From a phage, in the sequence record PZ445533.1: DNA of 48,914 bases; one strand, 5' to 3'. Each line of letters starts with the position of its first letter. The stretch's first letter is position 1. The notes beneath the pieces are model-generated. The model made no database searches. It was not told where the DNA came from and worked only from the letters and a program-made list of their open reading frames with translations. The position numbers and the translations under genes were made by a program. Below, one piece after another: positions 20,400 to 30,140 of this stretch.

Positions 20400-20674
20400 T
20401 AATTACACCTCAAATCAATAAATTTACTTTCATTTTGCCAACGGTTGATAAATTTAACTTCTTTATTGTCAACGCTCAACCTGTATTGCTTTTGGCTGAA
20501 TCTGTTTTCGCGGACTGCATTAATTTTGACTTCATGTAACCCGTTAACAGGGAATGTTTTAACGTTAAATTTTGCCGTGCAATCGATCTCCTTGAAGTTG
20601 CCAGTAGGCGACGCTGCGCATCCTGTCAGAGCGGCTACAGTGGCGATAACTGCGATTAACTTTTTCATCTTCAA
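20399..20674 (-). CDS. Lipoprotein, Cor-like superinfection exclusion candidate
   Basis: 91 aa; signal peptide plus lipobox LTGC; located next to J on opposite strand as cor is in T1/phi80-like phages; motif-type promoter cassette upstream. Confidence 0.55.
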   Translation of the reverse strand: MKMKKLIAVIATVAALTGCAASPTGNFKEIDCTAKFNVKTFPVNGLHEVKINAVRENRFSQKQYRLSVDNKEVKFINRWQNESKFIDLRCN

Positions 20675-20679
20675 TACTC

Positions 20680-20745
20680 CTTAGTTGTTGTTGGATGCAA
20701 CTATACACGATCTTGGGCATCGCGTTTAGCAAAAAGTGCTATTTG
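20680..20745 (-). promoter_or_regulatory. Motif cassette upstream of cor-like operon
   Basis: Minus-strand reading AAATAGCACTTTTTGCTAAA, imperfect hairpin, TATAGT, CATCCAACAACAAC, RBS AAGGAG. Confidence 0.45.
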
Positions 20746-20749
20746 TTAT

Positions 20750-21110
20750 TTTTTGTTTTCCGGTGTTATCGAATTTAAGACGGCGTAAATTTAGCGCAAA
20801 ATTTAGACAACATAAGATCAATAAACAATCAATAAAATAGATATATACATATAAAATCAATAGTTTATTTATTTATGTATGTATATTTGTTTTTTCTTGT
20901 TATCTGCGTTTCTTGTGGTTTTGGTTGTTTGTGGTGATTTTTCTTTCTGAGTATCTGTATGTGCCATCATTCATGTGTATGTATATAATCCGGCGTATCT
21001 GAGAGAACAGGGGAACAAGAAAAATAACGCATATTAATCATTAACTTATGAGTCAAATCTGTTTTCTTGCCATCTGAGAACATTTAGAAAACAGAAAAAA
21101 CAAAACAGCT
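20750..21110. repeat. AT-rich divergent control region A with alternating purine-pyrimidine tracts and short iteron-like repeats
   Basis: ATCAATA x3, AAATTTAG x2, TGTATGTATAT tracts; homologous to 41200-41480. Confidence 0.5.
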
Positions 21111-21111
21111 A

Positions 21112-21139
21112 TTGACTAAATCAACCAAATGGCTACAAT
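21112..21139 (+). promoter_or_regulatory. Sigma70-like promoter (TTGACT-16-TACAAT) for recombination operon
   Basis: Read directly: TTGACT 21112-21117, 16-nt spacer, TACAAT 21134-21139, about 30 nt upstream of ATG 21170. Confidence 0.55.
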
Positions 21140-21169
21140 GCACGCATAAAGCAACAAGGAGCATTAAAG

Positions 21170-22225
21170 ATGAGTGATTTTAACGCCTACACTAGCGAAG
21201 AAATGAGCAACGAGCTTTATCATGATCCTAACGCGTGGACGGCTGAATATGTCAGCGGTTCCAGCCTGGCGGAGATTTACAGCACTTGCCCGGCGTACTG
21301 GAAGTACAAGCCGCGCCAGGAAACTAAAGCACTTGTTTTCGGTACGCAGTCGCATACCAACTTTGAAAGCAAGGAGCTATTCGAAAAAACATATCGCCGC
21401 GCACCGTCGCAGGATGATTTTAAAGATCTGATCACTAGCCAAACGGCGTTAGCATCAAAGCTGAAATCTTTTGGCCTGAAAGGTACAACGGGTAAACAAT
21501 ACCCTGAATTACTGGAAATGCTGTACAAGTGCGGCGAGGATCTCAATGTGTGGTGGCTTATCGAAATGATGGCAGAATGCCAGGCCGCAGCGGACGGAGT
21601 GCAGTTAATAGACGCTAAAGATTATGATGCCTGTGTAGCGATGCGGCGCGTACTTGAGGCCATACCGGAGCATAACGCTTGCATGAACAGCCCAACCGCG
21701 CAGCGTGAAATGTCAATATTTGGGATCATCAACGGCGTAAAAGTAAAAGTGCGTCTTGATCACGTTGACGTAAACAAGGATGTAAAGGCAACAATCATTA
21801 ACGGTTACGACGAAAAAGGCAGGCCGATTTATGAAGAAGTCACCTATCCAGAAGCGGTGATTATCACTGACTACAAAACAACGGTTAGCGCAAATCCGGT
21901 TGACTTCCAGCGCCTGGCTTACAATCACGGCTATTATCTTAAAATGGCTTTGCAACATGACTTATTCAAAAAGGCGTATCCAGACGAGGAAAGGCCAGTA
22001 ATTGTAAGATTGCTTGCGCAGGAGAAGAAAGAGCCTTACTTGCCGCTTGCTTTCCGCATGAATATTGAGCAATTGAAGATCGGGCGAATCCAGTACATGA
22101 GCGTGATCAACAAGTTCAACGTTTGCCAGCAGTTAGACGAATGGCCTTCGTATGCAAACGGGCAACCGGAAATTGATCTTGATACTCCTGATTGGGTACG
22201 CGCTCAATTCAGGCAGTATCTATAA
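21170..22225 (+). CDS. PD-(D/E)XK family exonuclease (RecE/RecB-like recombination nuclease)
   Basis: 351 aa; hhhDYKT motif (VIITDYKTT) with upstream acidic residues; first gene after sigma70-like promoter, followed by Erf and SSB. Confidence 0.55.
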   Translation: MSDFNAYTSEEMSNELYHDPNAWTAEYVSGSSLAEIYSTCPAYWKYKPRQETKALVFGTQSHTNFESKELFEKTYRRAPSQDDFKDLITSQTALASKLKSFGLKGTTGKQYPELLEMLYKCGEDLNVWWLIEMMAECQAAADGVQLIDAKDYDACVAMRRVLEAIPEHNACMNSPTAQREMSIFGIINGVKVKVRLDHVDVNKDVKATIINGYDEKGRPIYEEVTYPEAVIITDYKTTVSANPVDFQRLAYNHGYYLKMALQHDLFKKAYPDEERPVIVRLLAQEKKEPYLPLAFRMNIEQLKIGRIQYMSVINKFNVCQQLDEWPSYANGQPEIDLDTPDWVRAQFRQYL

Positions 22226-22297
22226 CAAACTAAACAAATAGCTAAACTTTTATAATGGTTGGTGATATAATTCGACAGCCAGATAACGGGAGAATGA

Positions 22298-22954
<657 letters not shown>

Positions 22955-22997
22955 TAAACGGGGCGCTTGCGCCCCTTTTGTCATAGGAGAAAACAAA

Positions 22998-23450
22998 ATG
23001 CACGTTATTACAGGTGAGATTCGAAAAGAGCCAAAAGTAAAGCAAATGCCTAACGGCAGCACGCTATATGTTATTGAGCTTTCCGAACGATATAAAGATC
23101 GTGAAGGAAATTGGCAGTATACAAACTATGTGTTTTTCTTTAACGCGAAAACAGACGGCCTGAATGGTTGGTATGCTGAGGCGTTCCAGGTAGGCAAGGT
23201 TATTTCTGTTTCCTGCGATACCTTGCGAGTTGAAACGCGAGAATACAACGGAAAGATTTACAGCACCGTGCAGCCTGGCGGATTTGCAAACTTGCTATTT
23301 AGCCAGAGAGGTGAAAGCCAGCAACAATATCAGCAGCGAACGCAAGGAGGATGGGGGCAACCACAACAGCAACAGCAACAAAATACTCAACAGCAGCCGC
23401 AGCAAAGCAATCAGCCTCCGATTGACTTTGACGACGATATACCATTCTGA
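22998..23450 (+). CDS. ssb: Single-stranded DNA-binding protein
   Basis: OB-fold-like N-terminus, Gln-rich linker, acidic C-terminal tail DFDDDIPF. Confidence 0.8.
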   Translation: MHVITGEIRKEPKVKQMPNGSTLYVIELSERYKDREGNWQYTNYVFFFNAKTDGLNGWYAEAFQVGKVISVSCDTLRVETREYNGKIYSTVQPGGFANLLFSQRGESQQQYQQRTQGGWGQPQQQQQQNTQQQPQQSNQPPIDFDDDIPF

Positions 23451-23455
23451 TAACA

Positions 23456-23486
23456 AAAAGCCCCGCATATGCGGGGCATTTTTTAG
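23456..23486. terminator. Bidirectional terminator between ssb (+) and fibre-like gene (-)
   Basis: AAAAAG CCCCGCAT ATGCGGGG CATTTTTT. Confidence 0.65.
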
Positions 23487-24220
23487 TCTAACGTGGTTGG
23501 TTTGTTTACCAGTGCCGCTACAACCGCTTTTAGCTCGTCAATTTCTTTTCTCATCTCATCGTTTTCCGCTTTCAATTTCTTAACTTGGTGAATCAGTGGA
23601 ACAGTGAGGCGGTCATACATAACGCCTTCCGCCACCATGCCATTACTTGAAGCAATGGCAGGATCTTCTCCTTCTTGCAGCGGTCGCCAGTGAACGTATT
23701 CCGGCGCAATTTCTCCAACCTCTTCCGCGATTAGCCCGTACCATCCCCAATCTTTACGGTCGCTTTCACAAGTTGACCGATACCACACAGGACGCATTTC
23801 AAGCATCAGATCCGCATATTCATCAATAACCGATTCTACGCTGCTCTTATAACGAGAAGAGGAAGTGGAGCGTAAAACTTGCGACACTCCAGCATTTGGA
23901 TCAAGCCATAAGTTTGCTGATTGAGCGGTTGTGTTAATATTAAATAAATAAAATGCATCGTTACCAGTTAGGGGGTAAAAACTCCCACTATACCTTCCGC
24001 TATCCAACTTGGATGATAGATCAGTTTGTTTTAGATACGGTTTCAACTTATTGTCAACATCAGCAGTTGATGCTTTTCCTGCAACATCCTGTTTTAGTGT
24101 CGAAACATCACTTTTCAGCTTCGTTATATCACCAGGAATAGTAGCAACATCCTGTTTTAGTGTTGAAACGTCATTTTTCAGCTTCGTTATATCACTAGGT
24201 ATAACAGTGACTGTAGCCAT
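23483..24220 (-). CDS. Tail fibre-like protein with C-terminal S74-type intramolecular chaperone domain
   Basis: 245 aa; N-terminal 21-aa tandem repeat (ITKLK.DVSTLKQDVA), C-terminal GLIAEEVGEIAPEYV segment typical of peptidase S74 IMC domains. Confidence 0.55.
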   Translation of the reverse strand: MATVTVIPSDITKLKNDVSTLKQDVATIPGDITKLKSDVSTLKQDVAGKASTADVDNKLKPYLKQTDLSSKLDSGRYSGSFYPLTGNDAFYLFNINTTAQSANLWLDPNAGVSQVLRSTSSSRYKSSVESVIDEYADLMLEMRPVWYRSTCESDRKDWGWYGLIAEEVGEIAPEYVHWRPLQEGEDPAIASSNGMVAEGVMYDRLTVPLIHQVKKLKAENDEMRKEIDELKAVVAALVNKPTTLD

Positions 24221-24232
24221 TTTCCTAACTCC

Positions 24233-24511
24233 TTAAGCCCATCCTCTAATAGACTGATCTAACTCAACCACGTATCCATTAAAAATTACGGCATCAAACT
24301 TATCATCAATGATTCGCACATTAACGAAATAGCCGTCGTTCTTTCGCGCAATCTCCTCGCCATCGTCAGATCGTGCAATTACTGTATAAGTATTGCCGAT
24401 TACATCGAGCAGGATTGCATCCTGAATGGATTCGTTATCATCCCAATTAATTTTTCCTAAAAAGGCCGAAAACTCGGCCTTGTCTGAAAATTTTAATGTT
24501 AAATCACGCAT
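24233..24511 (-). CDS. Hypothetical protein between fibre genes
   Basis: 92 aa; TAATG overlap with upstream fibre gene. Confidence 0.45.
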   Translation of the reverse strand: MRDLTLKFSDKAEFSAFLGKINWDDNESIQDAILLDVIGNTYTVIARSDDGEEIARKNDGYFVNVRIIDDKFDAVIFNGYVVELDQSIRGWA

Positions 24512-26487
24512 TAAACAATTTCCCCCAATTGATGATCTGTTAGTGCCTTGTGCCATATACGGAAGTTTCTAACGTGCCCGAAAAGATGACGTTCTCCCGT
24601 AGTTGTTTGTCCGCCAATCCTTATAGTAGCCGTTGATACTATATATCTCCATTCCGTTTTTGTTTCGCTTGATATTCTGGCATTACTTACACAGCAATTA
24701 TTGTAATCACTCTTTACTCTCATTCCCACGATCATCTTTTTTAGTTTTGCATTCTCGTAAACCCTTCTGTTTGATCCACCTATATCGCAATAAGGGAATC
24801 CGTCATTATCGCCTTCGGCAGACCCGAAAGCAAGAATAATTGCCGCTCCGGTTTGATGGCCGCCTGTATCAAAAACACGTGGCGCTGCGTTTGGCGTTAT
24901 ACTCCAGTTTTTATGAGCTTCCACAAGCAATGTAAACGGCAAATTGTAAAGGTTGTTTTTTATTGGCAATGCAACCATATCGCTTGCCCGTGTTACTGGA
25001 GTATCTTCTGTAATAATAAAGGATGAAGCGCACGCCCCACCTTCAACTTGAGGTGTCGCAATATAAATATAATCATCCGCACCAGTGCCAACTCCTTTTG
25101 CTGGGGCATACTGAACCATTCCACCTATCATATTTTCTGTATCAAGTGCCTTAATTGTCGCCTCAAAAAAGATCCATTTGCTTGCTTCATCTTTAACAGC
25201 CCTTGCAGTAATACGATTTGCAGCGCCGCCAGTTTTTTCAATTGATAAATCTGTCAGATTTACGTAAGCATCACCCAAAAATGCATAAGCAGATCCATCG
25301 TAGTTTTCAAATCGTAATCGGCATCTTAAATTTGGAGTCCCACTTTGCGCCCTGCATGATATGGTTACATACTTTTCATTTCCTGTTACATCAAAACCTC
25401 TACTGCCGGAAACGGTTACTATGTTAATCGATGAAGTTTGCCCTACCATTTCTGGTTTTAATGTAAATTTTGCGTACTGGAATCCGAAATTATCCACACC
25501 TGATCTATCTAAGATCATATTTGATGACTTGTTCCATTTTGAAGGATTGACGCTATTTATAAGAAGGTTTGTTCTTTGCCCCTCAATTAGCAGACCATCC
25601 TTTTCAAATCTAGGTTCATCAATAGCAGCATTAGTAAGCACCCCAGACTTATTAATGTAAGTAGCGGCTGATGCTCGTTTAAACTTAACTATCTTGTCAC
25701 CTGGCATCGTGATCTCATCGTCACCTATAACAATCTTTTTGTATGACGGCGAGAATCCGGTAATCATATCCAGGGAGTCATTAAATGGTATCCACACGTC
25801 CGGCAACGGTTGCAATAAGTCCTTGTAAGGTTCTGCCGCCTGCTTTGCGTATTCCTCCGCCTGATCTCGCGCACTTTCAGCTCCTGCCTTTGCAGTGTTC
25901 GCAGCGTCACGCGCGGATTCAGCGCCAGACTTTGCTGCTTCAGCGCCAGTCTTTGCAGTGTTTGCAGCGTCGCGCGCGGATTCAGCGGCAGCCTTTGCAG
26001 TATCAGCACCTTTCTTGCTATTCGCTGCATTTGTTGCGCTTGTCTTCGCGTTATTCTCGCTGGTTTTAGCTGCCTGCTGGCTTGCTGCTGCTGCGTCAGC
26101 ATTTGTCTTTACGTCTTCCTGGATCTTCTGTAGCTTATCCCAATCAAAATCCTTGATGATCTCAATAAATCCAGCAAACTCCGATTCCTTCCCCTGGTAA
26201 TAACGCAGCGTTTCCGCTACGTCTTGCGCAAGACCGTCAACCGTTAACGAGTCATGAAGCAAGATCAGGTAATTTGTCTTCTGGACTACCGCGCCGCCAG
26301 TAGTAATTGCGCGAATGCTTGTATCGCTAATCACTTCTGTAATCACAGCAGCTTGCAAAGGTTGAGCAAGAAAGAAAATAGTTGCGCCTGGGCGAATCAA
26401 TGTTAATTGCTCACGCCATTTTGTACCGTAACCAGTTACATAACCTTGCGCGTCCATAGACGCTTGGCCTTGTCTGTAAATCGCCAT
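24511..26487 (-). CDS. Tail fibre / receptor-binding protein
   Basis: 658 aa from ATG 26487 (AGGAGG RBS); Ala/Lys-rich repeated coiled region (AESARDAANTAK x3), C-terminal lectin/LamG-like region. Confidence 0.65.
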   Translation of the reverse strand: MAIYRQGQASMDAQGYVTGYGTKWREQLTLIRPGATIFFLAQPLQAAVITEVISDTSIRAITTGGAVVQKTNYLILLHDSLTVDGLAQDVAETLRYYQGKESEFAGFIEIIKDFDWDKLQKIQEDVKTNADAAAASQQAAKTSENNAKTSATNAANSKKGADTAKAAAESARDAANTAKTGAEAAKSGAESARDAANTAKAGAESARDQAEEYAKQAAEPYKDLLQPLPDVWIPFNDSLDMITGFSPSYKKIVIGDDEITMPGDKIVKFKRASAATYINKSGVLTNAAIDEPRFEKDGLLIEGQRTNLLINSVNPSKWNKSSNMILDRSGVDNFGFQYAKFTLKPEMVGQTSSINIVTVSGSRGFDVTGNEKYVTISCRAQSGTPNLRCRLRFENYDGSAYAFLGDAYVNLTDLSIEKTGGAANRITARAVKDEASKWIFFEATIKALDTENMIGGMVQYAPAKGVGTGADDYIYIATPQVEGGACASSFIITEDTPVTRASDMVALPIKNNLYNLPFTLLVEAHKNWSITPNAAPRVFDTGGHQTGAAIILAFGSAEGDNDGFPYCDIGGSNRRVYENAKLKKMIVGMRVKSDYNNCCVSNARISSETKTEWRYIVSTATIRIGGQTTTGERHLFGHVRNFRIWHKALTDHQLGEIV

Positions 26488-26502
26488 TTGTAAAATCCTC
26501 CT

Positions 26503-26522
26503 AAATAGCACTTTTTGCTAAT
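26503..26522 (+). repeat. Isolated copy of 21-bp box upstream of tail fibre gene (opposite orientation)
   Basis: AAATAGCACTTTTTGCTAAT located 10 nt beyond fibre gene RBS. Confidence 0.5.
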
Positions 26523-26555
26523 GACAATGCAGATAATAGCATTTTCAAGTGCAAA

Positions 26556-26580
26556 AAAAAACCCCGCATAAGCGGGGCAA
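26556..26580. terminator. Terminator after primase gene (minus strand), A/T flanks both sides
   Basis: A9 CCCCGC ATAA GCGGGG. Confidence 0.6.
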
Positions 26581-26593
26581 TACTAGCGGAGTT

Positions 26594-27523
26594 TTATAGC
26601 AGTGATTCGGGCTTGTAGAGTTTTCTTTCTACTCCCTGTTTAAAATTATCGTTAACAGGCATCATTATGTCAAGCCCTCTTTCCTCTGCCGCGATTATCA
26701 CATCACGATCATCTTTCCGGCAGACTACGCGCATTCTTCTTTCTCCTTTATATCTATGCGCAACCATTTCAAGATTTGAAGGAGTAAAACAGGCCCACAC
26801 CTCTTGACCAGTTGATAAATGAACATGCTGAGAATCAACCCAATCAAGGCACAAATAGATCGTCTTATCTGTACTACCTGTTTTAACAACAGATCCTCGC
26901 GTGTAGTCGCGAGCTAAAAACCAATCCTTTCCATCCTCATCAATGAAAAGCACGTTACACATTTCATCATCCAGCCCGTCATCATGCACCAGGTGACAAG
27001 GTAGCGCGTGAATGTATCGACCATCCTTGACGCCGCAATCATAATGACAATCTTCCGGCGGATATATCCCCTCATAAACGCTTAAAGGTGTGCGATCGAA
27101 TTTTAATGTTTTTGCCATCACTTTTTCGCAACATTCATGACTTGCCTGTTTCCCGAACGAGTAACCAGAAGAACGCGAAGCGCGTTTGTTTGCTCTGATC
27201 CTGTAATCTTGTGGCACTTTTCCGAGGAAGCGGCCCAAAATGTTGATGGCCTCGCTGTAAGGTTCGCCAGTTAATTTCATTAACCAACCGATCCCCGTGT
27301 CGTTGCCGCACACGTTGCAGATCGCGCCGCCGTCGCCCTCTTCATTTAGCTTATCAGTCCATCTAAAACGATCCTTACCGCCGCAGTGTGGGCAAGGTTG
27401 ATGCTTTTTGTTGAAAACATCGCTATGCAGTCCGCAAATGCTTTGTAGTGCTTCACGCCATAACCCCTTCATATATGGCAAAACATCTTCTTTCTGATAG
27501 GTCATAAAGTTTTCAGTATTCAT
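26594..27523 (-). CDS. DNA primase (zinc-binding domain)
   Basis: CPHCGG...CNVCG zinc-finger motif; start ATG 27523 chosen because it follows a terminator hairpin and GAGG RBS. Confidence 0.6.
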   Translation of the reverse strand: MNTENFMTYQKEDVLPYMKGLWREALQSICGLHSDVFNKKHQPCPHCGGKDRFRWTDKLNEEGDGGAICNVCGNDTGIGWLMKLTGEPYSEAINILGRFLGKVPQDYRIRANKRASRSSGYSFGKQASHECCEKVMAKTLKFDRTPLSVYEGIYPPEDCHYDCGVKDGRYIHALPCHLVHDDGLDDEMCNVLFIDEDGKDWFLARDYTRGSVVKTGSTDKTIYLCLDWVDSQHVHLSTGQEVWACFTPSNLEMVAHRYKGERRMRVVCRKDDRDVIIAAEERGLDIMMPVNDNFKQGVERKLYKPESLL

Positions 27524-27530
27524 GGCAAAC

Positions 27531-27570
27531 CTCAATAAAAAAGCCCAGCAAATATTATCATTTCGCTGGG
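27531..27570 (-). terminator. Hairpin + T-run between HTH gene and primase start
   Basis: Minus-strand GCCCAGCGAAATGATAATATTTGCTGGGC followed by TTTTTTATT, then RBS GAGG and ATG 27523. Confidence 0.5.
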
Positions 27571-27578
27571 CCTTATCA

Positions 27579-28055
27579 TTAGCTATTCGTGCTGTTATCA
27601 CCTTTGTAGAATCTTCCGCCTGGTTCGTAGTCTGAATTTTTGACTACGCGCAACATTTCGTATTTGTCGCAACGGGTAGTAAGAGGCTTGCCGTTAGAAT
27701 CAAACCGCAGATCTGGACGACAAAATGATGCGCGGTATCCTTTGCATCCATTATATTTGTAGTCGTTATGCACCTTTTGTGCTCCAGCGGCTGAAATCAT
27801 ACCACGCTTTCGCCATTGGTTAACGACTTGCTGAGATACGCGCAGACGTCGAGCCATAGCAGGAACACCGCCATAATACTCGATCAGAATATCCAGGCGA
27901 GATTTCAGGCTTGCTTTTACCTCATCTCGCAGGATAAGGAATCCGGTTCGGTGTTTTCGTGGCTTTTTGTCTTTACCTCGTCGCGTTCCGTTGTTACCGT
28001 TAATAGTGCGCTTGTCGATCTCACCCGTAGATACTGCAATTCGTGCATCTTTCAT
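27579..28055 (-). CDS. Cro/YdaS-like HTH DNA-binding protein with C-terminal Cys cluster
   Basis: GGVPAMARRLRVSQQVVNQWRKRG HTH signature; basic N-terminus; GAGGTGA RBS. Confidence 0.55.
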   Translation of the reverse strand: MKDARIAVSTGEIDKRTINGNNGTRRGKDKKPRKHRTGFLILRDEVKASLKSRLDILIEYYGGVPAMARRLRVSQQVVNQWRKRGMISAAGAQKVHNDYKYNGCKGYRASFCRPDLRFDSNGKPLTTRCDKYEMLRVVKNSDYEPGGRFYKGDNSTNS

Positions 28056-28065
28056 CTAGTCACCT

Positions 28066-28130
28066 CATAGCATTTTTTGTTAAAACAGTTTATTGTAATG
28101 AGTCTATTATATACTCCAAATGGCATTTTT
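28066..28130 (+). promoter_or_regulatory. Motif copy in divergent region between HTH gene and helicase
   Basis: ATAGCATTTTTTGTTAAAAC then TATTAT 22 nt after TTGTTA, no hairpin; about 60 nt upstream of helicase ATG. Confidence 0.4.
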
Positions 28131-28142
28131 TAAAGGTTTAAG

Positions 28143-30140
28143 ATGATTCCAAATATCGAAAAACAAATATCAGCATTAGGCGAGGCAGTAATAAAAAGCA
28201 TCCAAGAGCGATTCACGGTTGGCAATATAGTGCCTTATCCTTATCAGTGCGTTGCGTATGCAGAGATCGCAAAGCGCATGAAAAACTATGAGCATCCTTT
28301 CTTTGTTAAGGCTTCTGTATCGGCTGGCAAAACATTGATGTTTGCGATGGTTGCGGCGCAATGCCGCAAAATGGGATTGAAAATGATGGTCCTTGCTCGC
28401 CAGGCTGAAATTGTTGATCAGGATTCGGAAGAGATCAGCAATCTTGGCGTGCCAAACTCAATCTATTGCGCCGGACTGAAAACAAAAAGCGCATACTTTC
28501 CGATCGTAGTCGGTTCTGAGGGCACTGTAGTAAACGGATTGTTTAAGTCGTTAGGTGATTATGTTCCGCACGTTATCGGTATTGATGAATGTCACCAGGT
28601 GGATTGGGAGGATCTCGCGGACGCGATAGAAAATAATGAATCTTACCAGCAGATGACCACTAAGAAGGATTTGCCAGTACTGATTGGAGAAGAACAGCAA
28701 TTTGATTCCAATGGCGATCCAATGTTCGGAACAGGGCGCACACAGTACACCGTAATAATAATGGAAATGATGCGTAGGTGTCGCGAGGCATACGGGCACG
28801 AATTGCGAATATTCGGCATGACTGGATCTGAGTTTCGCGGCGTGGTTCCAATACTGGTTGAAGATAAGAACAAAAAGGGATTCTGGCGTGAGCAGGTGAC
28901 TAACATAGACACAAACTACTTAATCAAATTCGGTTCGGTAGTGCCAACAAACTTCGGCGACGTAGGCGACCTGGGTTATGACCTTTCAGAGTTCGAAGCC
29001 AGTAGCGAGGATGGCGTTTCAGACTTTGACGCTAAAACATTGCGCAAGATGGAAGAAAAGATCCATCAAGACGCAACAATGACACAGAAAATCATGGCTA
29101 AAGTCCATGAGATATGCAAAGACAGGAACGGAGTTTTAGTTACATGCGCAGGGGAAAGGCACTGCAAGGAGGCCGCCGCCGCACTGCCGCCAGGCGTTGA
29201 ATACAGGATCATAACTGGCAAGACTGGAGATAATCAGCGTAAAGAGTGGCTGAGGGAGGCATACGAGGGAAAAGTAAAATACATCTTCCAGGTACAGGCG
29301 CTTACCACTGGCGTTAACGTTCCGTTTTGGGATACTTCTGTAATACTGAGAAAGATAGGATCTCTAACATTGCTTATCCAGCTTTTGGGGCGCGGCATGC
29401 GACTGCTTAAGCAATGGCACATTGAGCAGGGATTCAAGAAAAAAGATCATCTTGTATTGGATTTTGCAGGTACTATGGATGAGTTAGGTGATTTGTATTT
29501 CGATCCAATCCTTGAGCAAGCGCAATTCCAAAAGAGATTTACAAACGGGAAAGAGCCTAAGACTTGTCCGATATGTGGAACGCTAAACAGCTTTTACGCT
29601 CGCCGATGTATGCACGTAGACGATAACGGGAAACGATGCGAGCATTTTTGGACTTACAGAATTTGCGAGGACCAGGTAGATCCGAGAACAAAAAAGATAA
29701 TCAAGCGCGGTTGCGGAACAAAAAACGACGTAGTGGCGAGAGTTTGCCGTTGTTGCGATATTTCTCTTGTCGATCCTAACGAGAAGTTAAGCGGTAAGCA
29801 CTACACCAAAAACGATTGGTGCAACGTTAAATATTTCCGCGTTGATATGACGAAAAACCAGAAAGGAATTGTTTTTTGCTATGAGCTTGAGGCCAACGGC
29901 GACACGTTCAAGGCATACGAAAGATTTTTCCCTGAGTCAGAAAGCAACATTTGCCGGACGATATGGAGAAAAATAGCATTGCAGCACATACCGGATCGCA
30001 AGATTGCTGGTATGGTGGCGAGCTATAGAAATGCGCGTAAAATAATGTCATACGCTCATCACATCATGCCGCCTGTACGCGTAACGCATCGCAAAAACGG
30101 CAAAGGTGAGGATAACATTGCAAAACGGGAGTTTGTTTAA
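28143..30140 (+). CDS. SF2 DNA helicase with C-terminal zinc-ribbon region
   Basis: Walker A ASVSAGKT, DECH box, TGS motif, QLLGRGMR motif VI; Cys-rich C-terminus. Confidence 0.85.
   Translation: MIPNIEKQISALGEAVIKSIQERFTVGNIVPYPYQCVAYAEIAKRMKNYEHPFFVKASVSAGKTLMFAMVAAQCRKMGLKMMVLARQAEIVDQDSEEISNLGVPNSIYCAGLKTKSAYFPIVVGSEGTVVNGLFKSLGDYVPHVIGIDECHQVDWEDLADAIENNESYQQMTTKKDLPVLIGEEQQFDSNGDPMFGTGRTQYTVIIMEMMRRCREAYGHELRIFGMTGSEFRGVVPILVEDKNKKGFWREQVTNIDTNYLIKFGSVVPTNFGDVGDLGYDLSEFEASSEDGVSDFDAKTLRKMEEKIHQDATMTQKIMAKVHEICKDRNGVLVTCAGERHCKEAAAALPPGVEYRIITGKTGDNQRKEWLREAYEGKVKYIFQVQALTTGVNVPFWDTSVILRKIGSLTLLIQLLGRGMRLLKQWHIEQGFKKKDHLVLDFAGTMDELGDLYFDPILEQAQFQKRFTNGKEPKTCPICGTLNSFYARRCMHVDDNGKRCEHFWTYRICEDQVDPRTKKIIKRGCGTKNDVVARVCRCCDISLVDPNEKLSGKHYTKNDWCNVKYFRVDMTKNQKGIVFCYELEANGDTFKAYERFFPESESNICRTIWRKIALQHIPDRKIAGMVASYRNARKIMSYAHHIMPPVRVTHRKNGKGEDNIAKREFV

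Noticed and set aside
23280-23450. Gln-rich low-complexity tract in the SSB gene as a separate repeat element
   Set aside because: It is the flexible linker before the acidic SSB C-terminal tail, a normal feature of SSB proteins.
24511-26511. Diversity-generating retroelement targeting the tail fibre
   Set aside because: Internal repeats are present in the fibre genes, but no reverse transcriptase ORF or template repeat copy outside the CDS was found.
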